Shown: piece by piece, positions 16,905-26,842 of the stretch
How positions within the stretch are numbered: the first letter of the stretch is position 1
How the letters are laid out: every line of letters starts with the position of its first letter
DNA from: Candidatus Pacearchaeota archaeon CG10_big_fil_rev_8_21_14_0_10_32_14
Lineage (GTDB): Archaea; Nanobdellota; Nanobdellia; Pacearchaeales; GW2011-AR1
Assembly: GCA_002763085.1 (NCBI GenBank)
Contig: PFCY01000093.1
Span: 17,697-62,087, forward strand
DNA length: 44,391 nt
Reading direction: 5' to 3'
The notes under the pieces: model-generated
The model's database searches: none
Told to the model about the DNA's origin: nothing
The model's input: the letters and a program-made list of their open reading frames with translations, nothing else
Made by a program: the position numbers and the translations under genes

Positions 16905-17540
16905 ATGAAACTACCTATTCCATTCATTCCTTCAAGAAAAGATACTGATTGCGGTCTTGTTGCGCCAATGATGGCTTTTCAATATTTCGGAAAAAAATAT
17001 TCTTTCGACAATATTTCAATAGAGACTAAACAACTAGAAAGCGGAATGGTTTGGAGTTTGGGAATTGCTCGAGCATCAGCAAAACTCGGATATAAAACAA
17101 AATACTTTTCTTCAAGCATTACTGATTTACATAGTGATTTAGATTTTTATAAAAAATATGCTAATGATAAGGCGATGTTAGTTCTAAAAGATCTTCAAGA
17201 AGAATCTTCTAAACTTGGCGTTCAAATCGTTGAAAAAAGTTTGTCTTTAGAAGAGTTGCTGTCTTTTGTAACTGAAGATTCTATTCCAATTGTCTTACTC
17301 AACTGGTTCGTTATTTCAGGAAAAGACGGATATTTTGGACATTTTGTTCCTCTTACAGGTTACGATGAAAAATTTATATATATCCATAATCCAGGAATGA
17401 AAAATCCTCAAGAATTCATGCCTATTGAAAAATCTCTTTTTCAAAAAGCGTGGGAATCTAAAGGAACTGATAAAGACACGATTGTGATTTATAGAGAAAA
17501 AGTTCAAATCTCCACAAACATTAAAAACTATATTTCTTAA
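16905..17540 (+). CDS. Stand-alone papain-fold peptidase C39-like (C39_2/BtrH-like) cysteine peptidase
   Basis: Catalytic Cys context RKDTDCGLVAPMMAFQYFG and His context GHFVPLTGYD...IHNPG. Confidence 0.7.
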   Translation: MKLPIPFIPSRKDTDCGLVAPMMAFQYFGKKYSFDNISIETKQLESGMVWSLGIARASAKLGYKTKYFSSSITDLHSDLDFYKKYANDKAMLVLKDLQEESSKLGVQIVEKSLSLEELLSFVTEDSIPIVLLNWFVISGKDGYFGHFVPLTGYDEKFIYIHNPGMKNPQEFMPIEKSLFQKAWESKGTDKDTIVIYREKVQISTNIKNYIS

Positions 17541-17548
17541 GAAATCTT

Positions 17549-19153
17549 ATGACTGAAAACGAAGACAAAAAAGAAGAAACCGCTCCAGTTTCCACTCCCG
17601 TAGAAAATCATCCTCATAAATCAGAATCTAAATCAAAACAAAAAGATTTTATTCAAAAATCAATTTCTTGGCTAAAGAAAGACAGACTAAATTTAGTGCT
17701 TGTTGCAATTCTCATATTTGCATTTGCAGTTCGTGTTCATTACTTTCTTCTTGTCGGAGGCGAACAGCCATTATGGTGGGACGAACTTGCATTCGGAAGT
17801 ATCGCTAAAAACTACGTGATGCATTTATGGAATTCTACTGATTTAATCTCAAAAGAGATTGTAATTCGTCCCCCTCTCCTTCCATTAGTTTGGGCTGCGT
17901 TCTTATTATTAAAAATCCCGGAAACTTATATAAGATTTATTCTTGAAATAATTCCTTCAACATTAACAATTTTATTCATTTACCTCGCAGGAAAAGAAAT
18001 TTTTAATAAAAAAACCGGATTAATCGCTGCATTTATTTTCAGCGTGTCCTACATTCATTTGTTTTATTCTCTTAGATTGATGACAGATATTCCATCTCTG
18101 ACTTTTTTATCAGCAAGCTTATATTTCTTTGTGGCTTCATTAAATAAAGAAAAAATAAATTATCCGCAGTATTCTTTATCTTTATTTCTTTTGACACTTG
18201 GAGCTTTGACAAGATACCAAAATGGAATTATTTTCGTCCTTTATTTTATAATCCTTCTTCTTGGAAAAAATTTAAGATTAAAAGATAAAAAATTCTGGAC
18301 TTATTCTTTTATAGGAATATCTCCCCTATTGATTTTCTTTATTCTTAATATAATTATTTTTCACAATATTTTCCCCGCATTTTTGAGTGATATTTATGTT
18401 GGAGGTGTTGAAAATAAAAGTCCCGTGGCTTGGAATTTGATTAACTTTATCCCACTGTTCTTAAAAACAGCATTAATTTACTTTTTTTTGATAGGAATCT
18501 TTTTTTTAATTTATGAGATAGGGATTAGTTACAATTTTATTACCTCTAAGAAAAATCTTCAATATTATTTATTAACGCTACTTTTCTTTTTATTTATCTT
18601 TTCATTTTTTATCTTCTATATGCGCGCAGCTGAAGATCGATGGCTCATGCCTGCATTGATTCCTTTAGCATTAATCACTGCATTTGGCATCTATAACATT
18701 TACTTTTATATTGAAAAATATAACAAGTATGCTGCGCTAGTATTTATCATTGTAATTCTTTTTTTGGGTGCTCAAGCTCAGTTTAAGCATGCCGATGGAT
18801 TAATCAAACAGAAAAAAGACTCTTATCTTCAAATGAAACAAGGTTTCGAATGGATTAAAGATAATACTCCAAAAGATTCGGTAATCATTGGAAATGCCAT
18901 TCAACCTTATACAGTTTACTATGGCGAAAGACAATATTTACAGTTACCTCAAAACGAATCTAATGTTAATGAGATATATGAAGCGGATTATCTAGTTATC
19001 CACACTTTTGTTGAACAACCAAATTATATCATCCAATATCTTCAATATAATGAGGATAAATGGAAGATGATACAGGCATATTTTTTTGATTCAGATCAAA
19101 AACAACCCGCGTTTATATTATTTGAAAATATAAACAAAACAAATTTTGGATAA
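17549..19153 (+). CDS. GT-C fold membrane glycosyltransferase (ArnT/PMT_2, GT39/GT83-like)
   Basis: More than 10 TM helices, first-loop acidic motif PLWWDELAFG, C-terminal soluble domain. Confidence 0.8.
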   Translation: MTENEDKKEETAPVSTPVENHPHKSESKSKQKDFIQKSISWLKKDRLNLVLVAILIFAFAVRVHYFLLVGGEQPLWWDELAFGSIAKNYVMHLWNSTDLISKEIVIRPPLLPLVWAAFLLLKIPETYIRFILEIIPSTLTILFIYLAGKEIFNKKTGLIAAFIFSVSYIHLFYSLRLMTDIPSLTFLSASLYFFVASLNKEKINYPQYSLSLFLLTLGALTRYQNGIIFVLYFIILLLGKNLRLKDKKFWTYSFIGISPLLIFFILNIIIFHNIFPAFLSDIYVGGVENKSPVAWNLINFIPLFLKTALIYFFLIGIFFLIYEIGISYNFITSKKNLQYYLLTLLFFLFIFSFFIFYMRAAEDRWLMPALIPLALITAFGIYNIYFYIEKYNKYAALVFIIVILFLGAQAQFKHADGLIKQKKDSYLQMKQGFEWIKDNTPKDSVIIGNAIQPYTVYYGERQYLQLPQNESNVNEIYEADYLVIHTFVEQPNYIIQYLQYNEDKWKMIQAYFFDSDQKQPAFILFENINKTNFG

Positions 19154-19199
19154 ATGTCTAAGACAGCAATTCTTAAAATCCCCCAATTTATCCAAATTT

Positions 19200-20132
19200 A
19201 TGAATAAATTGAAAATTTCATTTTTAATTCCAGCCAATAACGAAGAAAAAGTTATTGGTAATGCATTAGATAATCTATCTAAAATGCCCTACGACAATTT
19301 AGAAGTATTGATAGGCCTTGATAGATGCATAGACAATACAAAATATATTGTGGATTCTTACAAAAGTAAAATTAAATCACTCAAATCGTTTGAATTAGAG
19401 TCAAAAAACGGAAAACCGCAAGTAATAGATTATCTCATGGAATATGTTGACGGTGATATTATCATTATTCACGATGCAGATTGGCAATTTAAAGTTACCT
19501 CTAAAGAATCATTTCTAAAATATCTTTCAGTATTTAATGATTATGAAATTGGAGGGATTGCAGAATCATTTCCTGTAGAATATGATATTAAATCCTCAAA
19601 AAGTAATTTTTGGTTTAGAGTTGTATCATTAAGTCATTTCTTCTGGATGAAATACCAAAAAGATTATCTTACTTCATTTAAAAAAGGATATAAAACACTA
19701 AACGATCCAACAATGTTTTTGACAAACATTTTCAGAAAATCACTATATCAAAAAAATTATTCTTTGGCTGATGACTTCGAACGTTCAAAAAATATTATGG
19801 ATCAAGGGTATTCAATAGCAATTTTTGACGATTTAAAAATGCCTAGATTTGTCTCCACGTATCACAAGATAAACTTGCGAGATTTATTTAAACAAAAAAG
19901 ACGCACATCAATAGCAAGAAAACAGCTAAAAAAAATTCACGAAATTGATCTGCCATTGTTGAAATATACTTTTCCAGTCTTATTCTATATGTTAAAAGAA
20001 TCATTTAAAGAAAGTATATTTTCTGGAATTAAGGTTGGTTTATGGATACTGATTAATATTATTGCAAAACTGTCTACAATATTTTCCTCTTTATCTTCTA
20101 AAAAAGGATGGAATATGAGGGCTTCTAGATAA
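19200..20132 (+). CDS. Glycosyltransferase family 2
   Basis: ISFLIPANNEEKVIGNALDNL and IIIHDADWQF (DxD). Start moved to ATG 19200, since the track start at 19146 overlaps the upstream gene. Confidence 0.8.
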   Translation: MNKLKISFLIPANNEEKVIGNALDNLSKMPYDNLEVLIGLDRCIDNTKYIVDSYKSKIKSLKSFELESKNGKPQVIDYLMEYVDGDIIIIHDADWQFKVTSKESFLKYLSVFNDYEIGGIAESFPVEYDIKSSKSNFWFRVVSLSHFFWMKYQKDYLTSFKKGYKTLNDPTMFLTNIFRKSLYQKNYSLADDFERSKNIMDQGYSIAIFDDLKMPRFVSTYHKINLRDLFKQKRRTSIARKQLKKIHEIDLPLLKYTFPVLFYMLKESFKESIFSGIKVGLWILINIIAKLSTIFSSLSSKKGWNMRASR

Positions 20133-21276
20133 TATTATTAATCTCTTTCATGAATTGAAGTTTTATATTATCATAAGAAAATATTTGTGAAGATTTTATT
20201 ATATTTATTTTATTTTTAGTTTTTAGATTTGAATTAAGGATCAAATCTAATTTTAATGCAAAATCTTTTAGTTCATACGGTTTAGCAAGATACCCATTTT
20301 CCCCATCTATAATCTGCTCACATGGTCCGGCACCATCCCCCCACGCCACCACCGGAGTACCACACGACAAACTTTCAGCTGGAACAAGACCAAAATCCTC
20401 TCTAGGAGTCGGAAAAGCAAAAACTTGAGCAGATGCATAGTAATTGATTATCTCATTGGTTTTGAGTCTTCCTAAAAATTTAAGTACGACCTTTTTTTCT
20501 TTTGAATATTTCATTAACTTGATTTTATAGTCTTTATCAACGCTTCCTGCAAGATATATGGGTAATTTATTTTTCATTAAACTGACTGATCCTATTAGCC
20601 ACTCGTATTTTTTATCTGGAATTATTCTGCTTGAAGAAAATATATATTTTTCTTTTATGATAGTCGGTTTAACATTAGAAAAAGCTTTATCGAGTGGTGG
20701 ATAGCTGACAATTGACCTTGTATTATATAGTTTATCAAGTCTCCCTTGAGTAAATTTGCTGTTCATAAATAGCAAATCACACAATTTAATTAATTTTTTG
20801 TCAAGCTTGATAAAATATCTATTGAATATTTTACCTAAAAATGCCGCAAATTCTCTTTTTACGCCCTGAGTTGAATTTTTCCATTCATCAAGTTCTTCAT
20901 TTTTAAGATAAATAAAATGGGGATAATGATTGACATAATTTATTTTTTTTGATTTTTTATTTCTTATGATATAATTTGAGGGAAAACTATAACTGAAAAA
21001 CAGATCGGGATTATATTTATTCATTTTGTTGAATCCGATCATGCAAAACATGAGATTAAATGACTCAAATGGAGTCTTTATTATAGAAATTTCTTCAACT
21101 TTAAGCCCCTCAAACGGAAGTAAATCAAGTATATTTTTATCTAAATGACATGTCAATATCTTTACAGAAAATCCATTATCTTGAAAAAATCTTGCATGAT
21201 TGATTATCTCTCTTTCAAGTCCTCCTTGCTCAGAAAGAAATTCGTATATTAAACAAACGGCCGGTTTTTTATCCAT
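20125..21276 (-). CDS. Glycosyltransferase family 4
   Basis: PTPREDFGLVPAESLSCGTPVVAWGDGAGPCEQI (E-x7-E region). Confidence 0.85.
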   Translation of the reverse strand: MDKKPAVCLIYEFLSEQGGLEREIINHARFFQDNGFSVKILTCHLDKNILDLLPFEGLKVEEISIIKTPFESFNLMFCMIGFNKMNKYNPDLFFSYSFPSNYIIRNKKSKKINYVNHYPHFIYLKNEELDEWKNSTQGVKREFAAFLGKIFNRYFIKLDKKLIKLCDLLFMNSKFTQGRLDKLYNTRSIVSYPPLDKAFSNVKPTIIKEKYIFSSSRIIPDKKYEWLIGSVSLMKNKLPIYLAGSVDKDYKIKLMKYSKEKKVVLKFLGRLKTNEIINYYASAQVFAFPTPREDFGLVPAESLSCGTPVVAWGDGAGPCEQIIDGENGYLAKPYELKDFALKLDLILNSNLKTKNKINIIKSSQIFSYDNIKLQFMKEINNII

Positions 21277-21353
21277 TAAATTCCCAATTTTCCTATTATT
21301 TAAAGAATTATGGTGATAATTGATAACCTTTATAGTATATCAGATTTTAATTT

Positions 21354-22904
21354 TTAGAGTAAAACCGGACGATAATTTATTAAATGAGGCAGATTCTTAT
21401 CCTTTTCAGAGATTATAGGGATCAAATTGAATTCTTCAAGTCTCCATTGAATATTTAAATTAGGATCATTCCAAACAACTCCTCCATCGGCATCTTTATT
21501 GTAATAATTACTGCATTTATATTGGAAGATTGTATCCTCTTCAAGTGTTAAAAATCCATGCAAAAACCCCTCGGGTATATAAAACATTTTTTTATTTTCT
21601 TCGCTTAATATAACACTATGCCACATTCCATAAGTTTCAGAATTCGTTCTGACATCAACGGCGACATCAAGTACCTTGCCTTTTACGACTCTAACGAGTT
21701 TTCCTTGACCATGCGGGTGTTTTTGGATATGAAGACCTCTAAGAACGCCTTTTTTTGACAATGATTGATTTTCTTGGACAAGCAATTGTGGAATCCCCTC
21801 TTTTTCAAATGCAGCTTGATGAAAACTTTCAAGAAAATGTCCTCTATCATCTACAAATATTTTTGGCGCAATTTCAATCAGCCCTTTTATTGATAGATGA
21901 TTAAATTCAAAATTTGAATTATTTGATTTTAATGAATTAAATTTATTATAATATTTTTGATTTACCAAATTATTTATAGAATGTTTAATTATTTCATCTA
22001 AATCGCCATCAAAAGTAAAACCCAAATTTCTTATTTTTTCAGAACTGATTGTATAAACTTGTTGATTAATTGATTTTTCTTTTACAATTTCATATCGATA
22101 TTGTCTTCCAAGATACTTCTCTATTAATTTTATCACCCTATCAAGATTTGTATTAAAAGAAGAAATATTATATATCTGTCCGTGCATTTTATCTATATTA
22201 TCAATTGAATAAAGAATGGCTTTAACATTATCTTTTACATAAAGATAACTTTTATCATTTGATATTGCGCTTTCAAAATAAGTCAAAGGAATGTCATAAA
22301 TGCTTCTTATGCAGGACAAATTTATTATTGTTTCATATCTGAATCCTTCATTATACCCCACAACAGTAGCCGGTCTAAGGATGCAGATCCTAAAATTAGG
22401 TTCATTGAGTTTATTTATATCACTCTCTGCAAGAAGTTTAGCTTTCCCATAATAGGATATCGGATTTTTATCTTCATCTTCTTTCATATCCTGTCCCCGG
22501 CTGTATACACTTACAGAAGACTGGAAAATAAATATTTTAGTGTTATATTTTTTCGCGATTGTTGCTAAATTTATCGAAGCTTCATGATTGACGCTCATAC
22601 ATTCCTCATCTTTACCTCGACGGTTCGTTGCAAAAGCATCAACTATAGCCGCTAAATGAATGACAATTTCTGGAGAATGCTTTCTGAATATATTTTCTAT
22701 TTTATCTGAATCTCGGATATCAACACTTTCTATCATCATATTTTCATGATGTTCTAGTAAATATCCAATATTCTCTATTTTACCTTTTGAAAAATTATCA
22801 AGAACAATTATTTTTGATTGAGGGTAAACATCTAATAATTTCTTCAATACTTCAACACCTACATATCCGGCTCCGCCAGTTAGTAAAATAGATTTTACCT
22901 CCAT
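21354..22904 (-). CDS. Bifunctional fusion: N-terminal extended SDR (epimerase/dehydratase/reductase) plus C-terminal dTDP-4-dehydrorhamnose 3,5-epimerase (RmlC cupin)
   Basis: N-domain: ILLTGGAGYVG, YYGKAKLLAE (YxxxK). C-domain: FVDDRGHFLESF, VLRGLHIQ, GKLVRVVKGKVLDVAVDVR, FYIPEGFLHGF, VWNDPNLNIQW. Start set at MEVKSILLTGG (ATG 22904), which leaves a 91-bp divergent promoter. Confidence 0.85.
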   Translation of the reverse strand: MEVKSILLTGGAGYVGVEVLKKLLDVYPQSKIIVLDNFSKGKIENIGYLLEHHENMMIESVDIRDSDKIENIFRKHSPEIVIHLAAIVDAFATNRRGKDEECMSVNHEASINLATIAKKYNTKIFIFQSSVSVYSRGQDMKEDEDKNPISYYGKAKLLAESDINKLNEPNFRICILRPATVVGYNEGFRYETIINLSCIRSIYDIPLTYFESAISNDKSYLYVKDNVKAILYSIDNIDKMHGQIYNISSFNTNLDRVIKLIEKYLGRQYRYEIVKEKSINQQVYTISSEKIRNLGFTFDGDLDEIIKHSINNLVNQKYYNKFNSLKSNNSNFEFNHLSIKGLIEIAPKIFVDDRGHFLESFHQAAFEKEGIPQLLVQENQSLSKKGVLRGLHIQKHPHGQGKLVRVVKGKVLDVAVDVRTNSETYGMWHSVILSEENKKMFYIPEGFLHGFLTLEEDTIFQYKCSNYYNKDADGGVVWNDPNLNIQWRLEEFNLIPIISEKDKNLPHLINYRPVLL

Positions 22905-22995
22905 TAAATTAACGATTGACTCATATTTTATAAAGATTATGATAAATAGTTCTATAATCCAATAATCTTTATTAACCGAAAAATTATGAAACTCC

Positions 22996-23826
22996 ATGAA
23001 AAAAAGGCCAATAATATCTGTTATCATCCCAAATTACAAATCGAATGATGTCCTTGAAAGTTGCCTGAAATCAATTTCAAATCAAACTTTAGATAAAGAT
23101 GAATTCGAAGTATTCGTTATGGACGATTCAGCCAACACAGAAGACGGTAGTTATGAAACCTCAAAAAAATATGGGGCATTTTGGATAAAGGGGCAAAGAG
23201 AAAGATGTAAAAATAAAAATCTCGGAGCAGAATTAGCCAGAGGAGATTTTGTATACTTTGTTGATCAAGACATGGTCTTCACAAAAAATGTTCTAAAAGA
23301 AGCTATACAAAAAATTAATAAAAATTCTTTAATCACCATTCCAGAAATCTCGTTTGGGAAAGGATTTTGGACTAAATGTAAAATTTTCGAGCGGTCAATG
23401 TATATTGGAAATCATATCTCCCAGTTAGCAAGAATTTACCCTAAAGAAATATTTCTAAAATCAGGGGGATTTGACGACGCTGTTCTAGGGATTGAAGATA
23501 TGGATTTATTTCATAGGGTTTTAGAACAAAATCCAAAGATAAAAGTTATTGAAATAAAAAGTCAAGTTTATCATGATGAGGGTGAGCTTAAATTTACCCA
23601 AATAATTAGAAGAATGCGATTCATTGGTGCGTCTTTTAATGAGTATAAAAAACGCTATCCTCAAGTTGTAAAAAGACAGATGTCATTTTCAAAATATAAA
23701 AATGGGTTACCAAAATTTTTGATGCACCCATTTTTGACCTATGGATTTTTTATAATGAAGATTACCGAGGGACTTTCAGTAATTATAGCCTCAAAAAAAC
23801 CAGAGAATCAAATTACACAATATTGA
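22996..23826 (+). CDS. Glycosyltransferase family 2
   Basis: ISVIIPNYKSNDVLESCLKSISNQ, FVDQDMVF (DxD), GIEDMDLFHR. Confidence 0.8.
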   Translation: MKKRPIISVIIPNYKSNDVLESCLKSISNQTLDKDEFEVFVMDDSANTEDGSYETSKKYGAFWIKGQRERCKNKNLGAELARGDFVYFVDQDMVFTKNVLKEAIQKINKNSLITIPEISFGKGFWTKCKIFERSMYIGNHISQLARIYPKEIFLKSGGFDDAVLGIEDMDLFHRVLEQNPKIKVIEIKSQVYHDEGELKFTQIIRRMRFIGASFNEYKKRYPQVVKRQMSFSKYKNGLPKFLMHPFLTYGFFIMKITEGLSVIIASKKPENQITQY

Positions 23827-23827
23827 T

Positions 23828-24745
23828 TTAGTCTTTCATCAGTTCTTTAATCATTTTTTCAATATGGCCTTCAATAGTATCGTTAGGTGCAAAACCAATA
23901 TTTTTTGCTCTTTCAATATTGAAATAAAACGGTTCGGGTTTTTTATGCTCGGTTATAGGCAACGCTACAAGCTCCACCTTTTCTCCATTAAGATTATAAT
24001 GTTTATCAATGATCATTTGTGCTAAATTCCTAAGCGATATAGTTTCTTCACCTCCAAGATTGTACACCCCGCTTTGATTTCTATTAAATAAAAGTTCAGC
24101 CATTTTTGCCTGTTCGCTATTATGAACAAAATTTCTATATTCGGTCCCATCTGTTGTCAAAGTTACTTTATGATTTTCAATTGCTTCTTTGCACAATTTA
24201 TTTATAACCAAACCCCAACCCGGACTTTTTTCAAACAGTGGTACACCATATCCATTTGACGATCTTATTATCCCGTATTGCCAATTATTTTTTTGGGAAT
24301 AAAATTTTATCATCTGCTCACTGGTTACATGACTCCATGCATAAGGGTGGTGATTATCCGTCGGGGAATTTTCATGTATGTCAAATAATCCTGGCCTATA
24401 TACATGAAATGTCGAAAAATAAATTATCTTTTTGAGTGATGAATTTTCTGCTTCATCTAATAAATTCATAAGTCCATTAACATTTGAATCAAGTGCAATC
24501 TTAACATTCTGACAATGAAAACTTGGAGGAGAGGCAAGATGGATCATTACATCTACGTCCTTAAATAATCCTTTTAGAGACTCCCTATTCGTCAACTCTC
24601 CTATATGAACATCATGTTTTGATAAATATTCTTTCAGATATTCCGGAATGCTTCTGACAAAAAGTCTAAGATCATACCTATCTTTAAGATAATCAGTAAA
24701 ATATGTTCCTAGATATCCAGTCCCCCCAATGATTAATATCCTCAT
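23828..24745 (-). CDS. NAD-dependent epimerase/dehydratase family (extended SDR) with an atypical YxxxH in place of YxxxK
   Basis: MRILIIGGTGYLGTYF Rossmann motif. Putative active-site segment is PYAWSHVTSE (24329-24343). Confidence 0.8.
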   Translation of the reverse strand: MRILIIGGTGYLGTYFTDYLKDRYDLRLFVRSIPEYLKEYLSKHDVHIGELTNRESLKGLFKDVDVMIHLASPPSFHCQNVKIALDSNVNGLMNLLDEAENSSLKKIIYFSTFHVYRPGLFDIHENSPTDNHHPYAWSHVTSEQMIKFYSQKNNWQYGIIRSSNGYGVPLFEKSPGWGLVINKLCKEAIENHKVTLTTDGTEYRNFVHNSEQAKMAELLFNRNQSGVYNLGGEETISLRNLAQMIIDKHYNLNGEKVELVALPITEHKKPEPFYFNIERAKNIGFAPNDTIEGHIEKMIKELMKD

Positions 24746-24795
24746 TTGAATCTAAATTATAGCCATTTAATTATTTATAATAATTTCTATATTAT

Positions 24796-25569
24796 TCAAA
24801 TCAAATGATGGATCTTGACTTTTTCAGGCAATTTATCATATAACCTGACAATTCCCTTTAAAATAGAATTATTCAGTCTAAGTCTTATAATCGAAAAAAA
24901 CATTTGAATAGGGGTTTTTAATAGATTGACAGAACCTCCCGTCTTATCTTCCCAAACTGTAGGAACTTGTTTTATCCTATATCCTTTTCTATATAAGTTA
25001 TAAAGTATTTCTGCATCAAAGGCCCATTGGGCTATCGGAGGATTTCTAAGTATTTCATCAACTGCATGTTTCGTAAACAACTTGGCGCCACATTGCGTAT
25101 CTTTATATGGAATTATTAGGATGCCTCTAGTGATAAAATTAAATCCTAAACTGGTGATTTTTCTTTTTTTTGATGTATTTGATTTAGAATTTTTACAATG
25201 CCTACAAGCGATTGCACCATCATAATTTTTATGATCAAAAATTAAGTCAGAAAATGATTTTGGAGAAGTAGCCATATCAGCGTCGACAAAACCAATTAAA
25301 TCCCCATCTTTAGAAAATTTAAACGCTTCCTTAAATCCCTCTTTTATGGCAAATCCTTTTCCCCCACGTGAAAAATTTAAAATCTTTATATGCCCCAAAA
25401 CCTTTTTTTTATTTTCAACAACACCTAAAGTATTATCTTTGCAGTTATTTAAAACAGTGATTATTTCAAAATTATTATTGGACTTTTTGAAGAATGTGAT
25501 GAATTCTTCAAGAGTTTTACCGATTCTTTTCTCTTCATTATAAGCAGGGATTATGATGTAAAGTTTCAT
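24796..25569 (-). CDS. GT2 dolichyl-phosphate hexose synthase-like glycosyltransferase (Dpm1/AglD/AglJ-like)
   Basis: MKLYIIIPAYNEEKRIGKTLEEF, GFVDADMATSP, TQCGAKLF are typical of polyprenyl-phosphate hexosyltransferases. Confidence 0.8.
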   Translation of the reverse strand: MKLYIIIPAYNEEKRIGKTLEEFITFFKKSNNNFEIITVLNNCKDNTLGVVENKKKVLGHIKILNFSRGGKGFAIKEGFKEAFKFSKDGDLIGFVDADMATSPKSFSDLIFDHKNYDGAIACRHCKNSKSNTSKKRKITSLGFNFITRGILIIPYKDTQCGAKLFTKHAVDEILRNPPIAQWAFDAEILYNLYRKGYRIKQVPTVWEDKTGGSVNLLKTPIQMFFSIIRLRLNNSILKGIVRLYDKLPEKVKIHHLI

Positions 25570-25612
25570 GACAATTCATATCTTCTTGGTTTAAAATCAT
25601 TGTTGCATTCTA

Positions 25613-26842
25613 CTATTTTTTCAATAGGGTAAATATGGAAAATAAGAAAAATATTAAATTGGACAGCATAAATGCAATTATATATTCTTTTACTGAATTA
25701 TGAAAAAAGAGGAGCACACCAATCTCTATTAATAAGAATATAAACAAATAATATGGATATTTTAACTTCTTTGTAGATAGTTTATATAAGATTATGAAAT
25801 TAGTTAATGATAGAAGACTGAATCCTATCGCAGAGTAGATTAAAAATGGTTTCATTTCAATATATTTCTCTCCAAATAAAATTTTAATCACTAATTCAGG
25901 AAACAAACCATAAATTAATACTCCGAGTAAACACAATACAAAAATAACTGCTCCAGATTTGATAAACACATTTTTTGATGATTTTTTATTTTCATGCCTT
26001 TCTGAAGCTATCGGAAACATAACTTTTCCTATAGCCATAGTTCCGAAAAATATCATTTTACCGAGCATAGATAAAACCGCATATTTACCCGTGTCTTCAG
26101 GAGAAAAAAACATTTTAGCGATGATAATATCAATACTGAACATCAACATTATTACTATCATAGAAATGAAATAAGGCACGCTTTCTAGTTTAATGTTCTC
26201 AAATTTTTCTTCTTTTTCTTCAACTGCATTTATTTTTCTATTGAACTCGTAAGTTAAAATAAAACTGATCATTATACCAAACAAAACGCCGTACATTGCC
26301 CCCAAAATATTAAAACCAATCAACACAAAAATTATAGATAAAACTAATTTTGAAATAGCTTCAACAATCATTCCGATACCCAATTGAGTGAACTTTTTCC
26401 TTCCTTGTAAAACTCCTCTAACAACAGGTAAAGACACTGCCGTAAATATTATTAAATTTGTCAAAAGTAAATAAAAGAAATTTATTTTTATGATCACTGA
26501 TATAATATATGAAATTGGGACTAAAACTAAATAAATGATGACCGAAACAGAAAAACTTTTCTTCAAAGACTTTTTCATTAAATATTTTATTTTACCCTCT
26601 TCATTATTCAGATTTAATTTTGACACATAGCTGGAGATCAGGTTTTGAATTGCCTCCGACGGAATTCCATAAATATAAATAAATGACATTAAAACAGCGA
26701 AAACTCCATAATCACTTGGTCCTAAAATCCTGCCCATCGCAAAATGAAACATGAAATTAAAGAAAAAATATATATTCATCATGACAAATAATACGATGGT
26801 TCCTTTGCCTAGTTCGCTTCTCATTATATTACTTATTTTCAT
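25613..26842 (-). CDS. Oligosaccharide flippase (MOP/Wzx, polysaccharide biosynthesis protein family)
   Basis: 409 aa with ~12 TM helices. Its start overlaps the stop of the upstream gene in a TAATG junction. Confidence 0.75.
   Translation of the reverse strand: MKISNIMRSELGKGTIVLFVMMNIYFFFNFMFHFAMGRILGPSDYGVFAVLMSFIYIYGIPSEAIQNLISSYVSKLNLNNEEGKIKYLMKKSLKKSFSVSVIIYLVLVPISYIISVIIKINFFYLLLTNLIIFTAVSLPVVRGVLQGRKKFTQLGIGMIVEAISKLVLSIIFVLIGFNILGAMYGVLFGIMISFILTYEFNRKINAVEEKEEKFENIKLESVPYFISMIVIMLMFSIDIIIAKMFFSPEDTGKYAVLSMLGKMIFFGTMAIGKVMFPIASERHENKKSSKNVFIKSGAVIFVLCLLGVLIYGLFPELVIKILFGEKYIEMKPFLIYSAIGFSLLSLTNFIILYKLSTKKLKYPYYLFIFLLIEIGVLLFFHNSVKEYIIAFMLSNLIFFLFSIFTLLKK

Noticed and set aside
22905-23027. 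Longer start (23027) for the SDR-RmlC ORF given in the ORF track
   Set aside because: The extension encodes a hydrophobic, non-homologous peptide, overlaps the divergent GT2 gene by 32 nt and would remove the shared promoter. MEVKSILLTGGAGYVG at 22904 is a canonical SDR N-terminus.
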